Source of the DNA: Chthonomonas calidirosea
GTDB taxonomy: Bacteria > Armatimonadota > Fimbriimonadia > Fimbriimonadales > Fimbriimonadaceae
NCBI GenBank assembly: GCA_945859975.1
Contig: CAMAPH010000066.1
Coordinates: 1-11,358 of the forward strand
DNA: 11,358 nucleotides
Reading direction: 5' to 3'
Notes under the pieces: generated by a model
What the model was told of the DNA's origin: nothing
The model's input: the letters and a program-made list of their open reading frames with translations, nothing else
Database searches by the model: none
Shown: positions 5,608 to 11,358 of the stretch, piece after piece
Position numbering within the stretch: position 1 is the first letter of the stretch
Layout: each line of letters opens with the position of its first letter
Program-made: the position numbers and the translations under genes

Positions 5608-8600
5608 GCTCCCAGCCCTCTAAAGCCAAAAAACCCGAAAAGCTACGTGATCGGCCTAGACCTCGGAACCTCCTCCGTCGGCTGGGCCGCCGTTGAAATC
5701 GACGACAAAGGCGAACCGATCGACCTCATCGCCCTCGGCAGCCGCCACTTCGAAGAAGTCCTCGACGATAAAGGCAAAAAGCTTAAGAACGAAAAACGCC
5801 GCGAGATGCGCGGCGCCAGACGAAACCTCGCTCGCCGCCGAATGAAAAAGAAGGCCGTCCTAAACATCCTTCAAGAAGCCAAGCTCACCCCCGAAGGCGA
5901 AACTCCGTACGCCGCCAACGAAAGCACCCTCGCCCCCTACGAAATCCGCTCCCGCGCCGCAACCGAACCAGTCACGCTTGAAGAACTCGGACGTGCCTTC
6001 TACCACCTCGCCCAAAGGCGCGGCTTCAAGTCAAACCGAGGCGCCAAACTCGCCGGACTAGAAGATGAGCCCGAAGTCCGAGACCTCCTACAAACCGATG
6101 AACCCGGAGAAGACGAAGACAACGACACTGGCGTCGTCCTCGCCGCCATCAAAGACCTCGAAGACGAGATGGGCGGGCTAACTCTCGGTCAATTCTTCTA
6201 CCAAGAACTCCTCGCCGGAAAGAAAGTCCGACGACGCTACACCAAGCGCAGCCACTACGAACAAGAGTTCGAAGTCATCTGGAATCGACAGCGGACGGAA
6301 CATCCAAAAACTCTCACCGACGACCTCAAGGTCCGGCTCTACAAAGCCCTCTTCTACCAGCGCCCTCTCAAGCCGCAAAAGTTCCTCGTCGGCTTCTGCA
6401 GCCTCGAGCCCACCAAACGAAAAGCCGCCAAAGCAACCCTAACCGCCCAAAGATTCCGAATCTGGCAAGACCTCGCAAATCTCGAACTCCTGGACCACGA
6501 AACCGGAGAAAAGCGATCACTAACGCTTCAAGAAAAAGATCAGCTCTTCACCGTCCTAGACTCCAAAAACGAAGCCAGCTGGTCCGAAGTCGCCAAAACC
6601 CTTGGCCACAAACTCCACTCTCCAAAGAAGGAAGGCATCGGCCTCTCTTTCAACCTCCAGCGAACCTACGATAGCGGACTCACCGGCAACAAAACCCGTA
6701 CCAAAATCAGTAAGAAATCCGGCGAACTCTGGAACTCCCTTAACGCAGAAGGCCAAAGAGAACTCGTCGAAATCATGCTCACTTGCGAAAACCGGGCGAC
6801 CCTGTATCGAACGCTCCGAACCAAATACAACCTCGATCCAAAAATCGCCCTCGACCTCGCCGTCATGGACCTAGAAGATGGCTATGCCATGCTAAGCAGC
6901 CGGGCCATGGAAAAAATCTTGGCGCAAATGAAAGCGGGTCTAAAACGAACCGAAGCCCAAATTGCTGCCGGGTACACCCCTTGGTTAGATGTTGTTGAAC
7001 CCCAAGACCAACTAATAGAACCACCAAAAAGACAAGACATCACCAGCCCCCGCGTCCGCAAAGCCCTAAACCAAACCCGAAAAGTCGTAAACGCCCTCAT
7101 CCGCGAGTACGGCAAGCCCGAAAGAATTCGGATCGAAATGGCCAGGGAAATGAGCCTGTCAAAAAAGGAACGCGCCGAGTGGGAAAAGGTTAAAAAGGAA
7201 GGCGAAATCCTAAACCTAAAGGCAAAAGAAAAGCTCCGCGAAATGGGAATCCAAAACCCAACTCACAACGACGTAACTTGGTACCGCCTCGCTGCCCAGC
7301 TCAACTGGATCTGCCCCTACTCCGGCGCAACCATCCCCCAAACCGCCGCCACCACCGGTGAGTTTCAAATCGAACACATCGTCCCCTACGAAATCAGCTT
7401 CGATAGCTCGTTCAACAACCTCACTATCGGTCGGCAAGACTACAACCTTCGTAAAGGCAAACGGACGCCTTTCCAAGCCTTCGGTGGAACAAAAGAGTGG
7501 CCCGAAATGTGCGAACGCATCGAAGCGTTGCGGGGTCCCGGCTCTCGTAGAAAGATCAAGCTGTTCCAGTCCGAAGAAGTTCCCGATGAAGACAAGATGA
7601 TCTCTCGGCAACTCAACGAATCAAAGTGGATCGCCCGAGAGGCCGCCGCTTATCTCGAACCCCTCACTAAAATTGCCGAGCGCAATGCTCAACCCCAATC
7701 CCTTCCAGTGGAAGAGCGACCGAAGCTACAAGTCGGTGTCGAAGCCACGCGCGGCGCCGCCACCGCCATGCTTCGTCACCACTGGGGACTCATGGAAGCC
7801 CTCTACCAAATCAACGAGAAACGACGGGACGACCTGCGTCATCACGCCATCGACGCCGTCGCCATCGCCCTCACCAGCCGCAGCATCTTCAACCAGGTAA
7901 GTGCCGCGCGAAAGGGCTCAAACAAGCCGGTCGTTCCCCTGTCAGACGAACTCGTTCCCAAGGCATTCCCTTGGCTCATGCCAAAACTCCGCCAACTCGT
8001 CCCTCAAGTAGTCGTAAGCCACGAGACGACTCGCCAAATTCTTGGAGCCTTCCACGAAGAAACCGTCTACGGTCGACGAGAAGAGAAGGTCTATCACATA
8101 AGAAAGCGACTCGCTTCCCTTACCGATAGCGAAGTAGAGAGGATCGTTGATGAAAAGCTCAAGGCGGCCGTCCTTCAGCGGATCGCCAATTACATCAGTG
8201 AGCATGGCAAGCTCGATATGGCCAAGGCTTTTGCAGATGGCCTCCCCTTCGGTAATCCGTTACCAGCCCAAAGAGCTCGCATTCTGGCGCGAATCAAAGA
8301 CGCAAAAATGATTGAGTCCCCATCTCACCGGCCAACCAAATTCATGCTGCAAGGTAACAATCATCACGTCGCAATCTTCGAGAACATAGAAACGGGCAAA
8401 CGCATTGGCCAGTTCAAAACGATGGTTGAAGCGGCCCAAACATTCCGGCACTCAAAGCGAAAAAGCGCGGTAGAAAAGAACCTTGCTCCGGGTTGGAAAT
8501 TTATCATGTGGCTCGCCGGAAACGACACCATCCGCACTGAGACCGGTATCTACAGAGTCCAGGCACTCGACCCAGCCAGTAACCGCGTGCAACTTCGCGA

Positions 8601-8727
8601 AGTCCAAGCCGCGACGGTTTCGGACCAGTCGCAGCGGGTTCTAAAGTCAATCAATCAACTTCATGCCGTAAAACTCGAAGTGGATTACCTAGGACGAGTA
8701 CGGGAAGTCCCAGAAGGCACTGTGTGA
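5599..8727 (+). CDS. cas9: Type II-C CRISPR endonuclease Cas9, 1042 aa
   Basis: RuvC-I IGLDLGTSSVGWA (D21), Arg-rich bridge helix RREMRGARRNLARRR, HLAQRRGFKSNR, YQRPLK, RuvC-II IRIEMARE, HNH CPYSG...IEHIVP...DSSFNNL...NLRKGKRTP, and RuvC-III RHHAIDAVAIA. There is no csn2 or cas4 in the operon. Confidence 0.98.
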   Translation: MSQAPSPLKPKNPKSYVIGLDLGTSSVGWAAVEIDDKGEPIDLIALGSRHFEEVLDDKGKKLKNEKRREMRGARRNLARRRMKKKAVLNILQEAKLTPEGETPYAANESTLAPYEIRSRAATEPVTLEELGRAFYHLAQRRGFKSNRGAKLAGLEDEPEVRDLLQTDEPGEDEDNDTGVVLAAIKDLEDEMGGLTLGQFFYQELLAGKKVRRRYTKRSHYEQEFEVIWNRQRTEHPKTLTDDLKVRLYKALFYQRPLKPQKFLVGFCSLEPTKRKAAKATLTAQRFRIWQDLANLELLDHETGEKRSLTLQEKDQLFTVLDSKNEASWSEVAKTLGHKLHSPKKEGIGLSFNLQRTYDSGLTGNKTRTKISKKSGELWNSLNAEGQRELVEIMLTCENRATLYRTLRTKYNLDPKIALDLAVMDLEDGYAMLSSRAMEKILAQMKAGLKRTEAQIAAGYTPWLDVVEPQDQLIEPPKRQDITSPRVRKALNQTRKVVNALIREYGKPERIRIEMAREMSLSKKERAEWEKVKKEGEILNLKAKEKLREMGIQNPTHNDVTWYRLAAQLNWICPYSGATIPQTAATTGEFQIEHIVPYEISFDSSFNNLTIGRQDYNLRKGKRTPFQAFGGTKEWPEMCERIEALRGPGSRRKIKLFQSEEVPDEDKMISRQLNESKWIAREAAAYLEPLTKIAERNAQPQSLPVEERPKLQVGVEATRGAATAMLRHHWGLMEALYQINEKRRDDLRHHAIDAVAIALTSRSIFNQVSAARKGSNKPVVPLSDELVPKAFPWLMPKLRQLVPQVVVSHETTRQILGAFHEETVYGRREEKVYHIRKRLASLTDSEVERIVDEKLKAAVLQRIANYISEHGKLDMAKAFADGLPFGNPLPAQRARILARIKDAKMIESPSHRPTKFMLQGNNHHVAIFENIETGKRIGQFKTMVEAAQTFRHSKRKSAVEKNLAPGWKFIMWLAGNDTIRTETGIYRVQALDPASNRVQLREVQAATVSDQSQRVLKSINQLHAVKLEVDYLGRVREVPEGTV

Positions 8728-9620
8728 ATCTCCGCGTCGTCGCCGTCACGGGTCCCGCCTGGCTTGCCTTGCAAAACCGGGCGGTCATCGTCCAGCGCGA
8801 AGGCAATATCCTCGGGCGCATCCCACTCGAGGATGTCGCCATCATCGTCATCGATGGCCCCGATGTCACCATTTCGCATCAACTCCTCAGCCAAGCCGTA
8901 GCAAACAAAATCGCCGTCGTCATTGCCGACGAGAAACATGTTCCCAGCGGCGTGCTCCTGCCGCTCGCCGGTCACAGCACGCACACCGCGATCCTGCGTT
9001 CGCAAATCGCCGCTTCCAAGCCATCCCTAAAGCGAACTTGGCAGACCATTGTTCGCTCAAAAGTCTTGGCCCAAGCCCAACTCCTCGAAGATCGGCACCT
9101 CGATTCAAAACCCATCCGCCGGCTCCTTCCCTTCATCCGCAGTGGAGACCCCGACAACATCGAGGGGCAGGCCGCCTCAAAATACTTCGACCTCGCCTTC
9201 GGCGAAGACTTCAAACGTCAAAGAAATGCCGAAGGTATCAACGGCCTCCTGAATTACGGCTACGCTGTGCTCCGTGCTGCGGTCGCCCGCGCCATCGTCG
9301 GCGCCGGCCTCCACCCCGCCCTCGGCATCCATCACCAAAATCAATACAACGCCTTCTGCCTCGCCGATGACGCCATGGAACCCCTCCGTCCCCTCATCGA
9401 CTGGACTACCCTCAAGTACATCGATCAAGCCGATCCCGATGACGTCGCGGTCACCCCGAAAACGAAACGAATCCTCGTTGCCGCCCTCGGCCAAAAAGTG
9501 CTCCTGCAAGATCAAGAATCTCCCCTCCTGGTCGGCTTAGACCGATACGCGGCAAACCTGCGCCGCGCCATCTGCGATGGAGACGAGCTCCATTGCCCCA
9601 TCCCTCGGTTCGAGCCATGA
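8724..9620 (+). CDS. cas1: Type II CRISPR integrase Cas1, 298 aa
   Basis: GTGA overlap with the cas9 stop. Motifs IPLEDV, SGDPDNIEGQAASKYF, NGLLNYGYAVLRA, GLHPALGIHH and LADDAMEPLRP, with the catalytic E, H and D/E residues present. Confidence 0.97.
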   Translation: MNLRVVAVTGPAWLALQNRAVIVQREGNILGRIPLEDVAIIVIDGPDVTISHQLLSQAVANKIAVVIADEKHVPSGVLLPLAGHSTHTAILRSQIAASKPSLKRTWQTIVRSKVLAQAQLLEDRHLDSKPIRRLLPFIRSGDPDNIEGQAASKYFDLAFGEDFKRQRNAEGINGLLNYGYAVLRAAVARAIVGAGLHPALGIHHQNQYNAFCLADDAMEPLRPLIDWTTLKYIDQADPDDVAVTPKTKRILVAALGQKVLLQDQESPLLVGLDRYAANLRRAICDGDELHCPIPRFEP

Positions 9621-10144
9621 TTCCCGGCTATCGTCTCATGTGGCTCATCGTCGTATTCGATCTACCCGTCGAGACAAAGGCCAACAAACGCGACTACCGA
9701 CGCTTCGTCGATTTCCTGGAAGACAACGGCTACTCTCGAATCCAGTACAGCATCTACGTCTGTCCGACCACCACCCACGATCACACGGAGGTCCAAGCTC
9801 AAAGAATCGCGGATAACTTGCCCGCCGAGGGCGACGTCCGCGTTTTCCGGCTCACCGATAAACAGTGGGCACGGACCGATAGCTACTACAACGGAAAACT
9901 GGGCAAGGCCGAACCGCCTCCAGAGCAGTTCCTGTTCTTTGATGAAGACTACGAACCCGCCGTCCCAGATTGGAAACCATCTCCTTCTACCAACGTAGAC
10001 CCGCTGGACCTCATGGCCGACCTCGCCGAAACGGCACCACCGTCCCAGACCGTGCAATGGGAGGTCCCAAATCCTGGCGTAGGTAAACGTAAATCGCGGA
10101 AGAAGACCGCTCCTAAACCCAAACAAGACGCATTCGACCTTTAG
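9617..10144 (+). CDS. cas2: Cas2 with a C-terminal extension, 175 aa
   Basis: ATGA overlap with the cas1 stop. Motifs YRLMWLIVVFDLPV, FLEDNGYSRIQYSIY, LPAEGDVRVFRLTDKQW and PEQFLFF at residues 102-108, followed by 67 extra residues. Confidence 0.95.
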   Translation: MIPGYRLMWLIVVFDLPVETKANKRDYRRFVDFLEDNGYSRIQYSIYVCPTTTHDHTEVQAQRIADNLPAEGDVRVFRLTDKQWARTDSYYNGKLGKAEPPPEQFLFFDEDYEPAVPDWKPSPSTNVDPLDLMADLAETAPPSQTVQWEVPNPGVGKRKSRKKTAPKPKQDAFDL

Positions 10145-10154
10145 CCAGAAATTC

Positions 10155-10189
10155 AAAAAAATGCCGGACTTGGCTCTCGCCAAGTCCGG
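10155..10189 (-). terminator. Intrinsic terminator for minus-strand (CRISPR array) transcripts
   Basis: 11-bp stem CCGGACTTGGC (10164-10174) / GCCAAGTCCGG (10179-10189). The A7 run at 10155-10161 gives a U tract only on the minus strand. Confidence 0.8.
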
Positions 10190-10237
10190 ACCCAACTCAT
10201 TATCTTTCGATGAAACGAATTGGAATGAATTGGGAAG
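10190..10237. promoter_or_regulatory. Short AT-rich leader-like segment (probable spacer acquisition end)
   Basis: AT-rich 48 nt between the terminator and the first repeat, adjacent to cas2. The role is inferred by analogy with other II-C loci. Confidence 0.5.
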
Positions 10238-11328
10238 AGTGTATCAGATCAGGGCTTGACCGGCTTTCCCAACCGAGACGCAGATGGGCGGTTCGTCAGT
10301 CCAAGTGTATCAGATCAGGGCTTGACCGGCTTTCCCAACTGCCGATGGCGCGCATATCACGGCTTGATCAGTGTATCAGATCAGGGCTTGACCGGCTTTC
10401 CCAACCTGTAAAGCGCGCTGTCGAAGCCTCTGGAAGTGTATCAGATCAGGGCTTGACCGGCTTTCCCAACCTGAGCCCAAGGGGATCGGTTATAGTCTCC
10501 AGTGTATCAGATCAGGGCTTGACCGGCTTTCCCAACCGTGGCACGCATGAATCAGCGTGTAGTTTAAGTGTATCAGATCAGGGCTTGACCGGCTTTCCCA
10601 ACAGTGGCCAGCTCGAGGTGAAGGCGTTCCCTAGTGTATCAGATCAGGGCTTGACCGGCTTTCCCAACACCCCCGCATCGCCATGACGACGAGCGTGAAG
10701 TGTATCAGATCAGGGCTTGACCGGCTTTCCCAACTGCCTACGTCGAACACTGCAACTCGACGGTAGTGTATCAGATCAGGGCTTGACCGGCTTTCCCAAC
10801 CTCCCATGCGCCCTTTCGCTCGTTCCACTGAGTGTATCAGATCAGGGCTTGACCGGCTTTCCCAACGTAGATGGTGCGGTACTGGAAGGTCACTTCAGTG
10901 TATCAGATCAGGGCTTGACCGGCTTTCCCAACGGAGCGGGTTCCGCTTGACGGGGTGGCTCTAGTGTATCAGATCAGGGCTTGACCGGCTTTCCCAACCC
11001 TGGCGTTACAGGAAGCTACGCAGAGAAAAGTGTATCAGATCAGGGCTTGACCGGCTTTCCCAACCCCTGACTGAATCCCGTAGCCATCTTCGCCAGTGTA
11101 TCAGATCAGGGCTTGACCGGCTTTCCCAACCCCTTATCATCCGGGAGCGGTTCCACCCGAAGTGTATCAGATCAGGGCTTGACCGGCTTTCCCAACTGTG
11201 ATGGCACCGAGCTGAGGGTATGGGCGAGTGTATCAGATCAGGGCTTGACCGGCTTTCCCAACCCATGACTGCGGCAGAATCCAAGTCGCTCAAGTGTATC
11301 AGATCAGGGCTTGACCGGCTTTCCCAAC
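10238..11328 (-). CRISPR. Type II-C CRISPR array: 17 identical 36-nt repeats and 16 complete spacers (15 of 30 nt, one of 29 nt), probably continuing beyond the window
   Basis: The + strand repeat AGTGTATCAGATCAGGGCTTGACCGGCTTTCCCAAC starts at 10238, 10304, 10370, 10435, 10501, 10567, 10633, 10699, 10765, 10831, 10897, 10963, 11029, 11095, 11161, 11227 and 11293. The crRNA sense is GTTGGGAAAGCCGGTCAAGCCCTGATCTGATACACT, based on tracrRNA pairing, the GTT start, the terminal -10 motif and terminator polarity. Confidence 0.99.
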
Positions 11329-11358
11329 CAGAAGAGAAGAGAAGAGAAGAGAAGAGAA
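11329..11358. repeat. (AGAAG)n pentanucleotide tract, probable 17th spacer
   Basis: C followed by 5.8 copies of AGAAG. The segment is 30 nt, the modal spacer length, and directly follows repeat 17. Confidence 0.65.

Noticed and set aside
5599..8727. Catalytically dead, transposon-associated or IscB-like Cas9
   Set aside because: The RuvC D/E/H/D and HNH H/N residues are present, the REC lobe is full size, cas1 and cas2 are adjacent, and there are no tns genes in the window.
10185..10196. TCCGGACCCAAC as a degenerate terminal repeat
   Set aside because: Only CCCAAC matches well, the distance to repeat 1 is 41 nt rather than 30, and the rest belongs to the terminator stem.
10933..11160. Similarity between spacer 11 (GGAGCGGGTTCC) and spacer 14 (GGAGCGGTTCC), and self-targeting within the window
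   Set aside because: The match is about 11 nt, gapped and has unrelated flanks. By eye no spacer matched elsewhere in this window, though this was not an exhaustive search.
10210..11293. ORFs inside the CRISPR array
   Set aside because: Artefacts of the 66-nt repeat-spacer period.

Overview
GC-rich bacterial window, probably from a diderm because it encodes a beta-barrel-type protein and a lipoprotein. The left part (1-3631) looks like ordinary chromosome: the 3' end of a helical protein gene, an SDR oxidoreductase, an outer-membrane beta-barrel-like protein, a GT4 glycosyltransferase and tRNA-Ser(TGA). An accessory patch follows (3640-5430). It holds an orphan MNT nucleotidyltransferase with no HEPN partner, several REP-like palindromes, and a lipoprotein gene bracketed by two ~100-140 bp direct repeats. 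The right part is an apparently complete type II-C CRISPR-Cas system: a divergent tracrRNA (~5440-5573, minus strand), a compact 1042-aa Cas9 with all catalytic motifs intact, cas1, a cas2 with an unusual ~67-aa C-terminal tail, and an array of 17 identical 36-nt repeats. The array is predicted to be transcribed on the minus strand from extended -10 promoters embedded in the repeats. The last 30 nt are an (AGAAG)n tract of exactly spacer length. All calls come from reading the sequence by eye; no searches were run.
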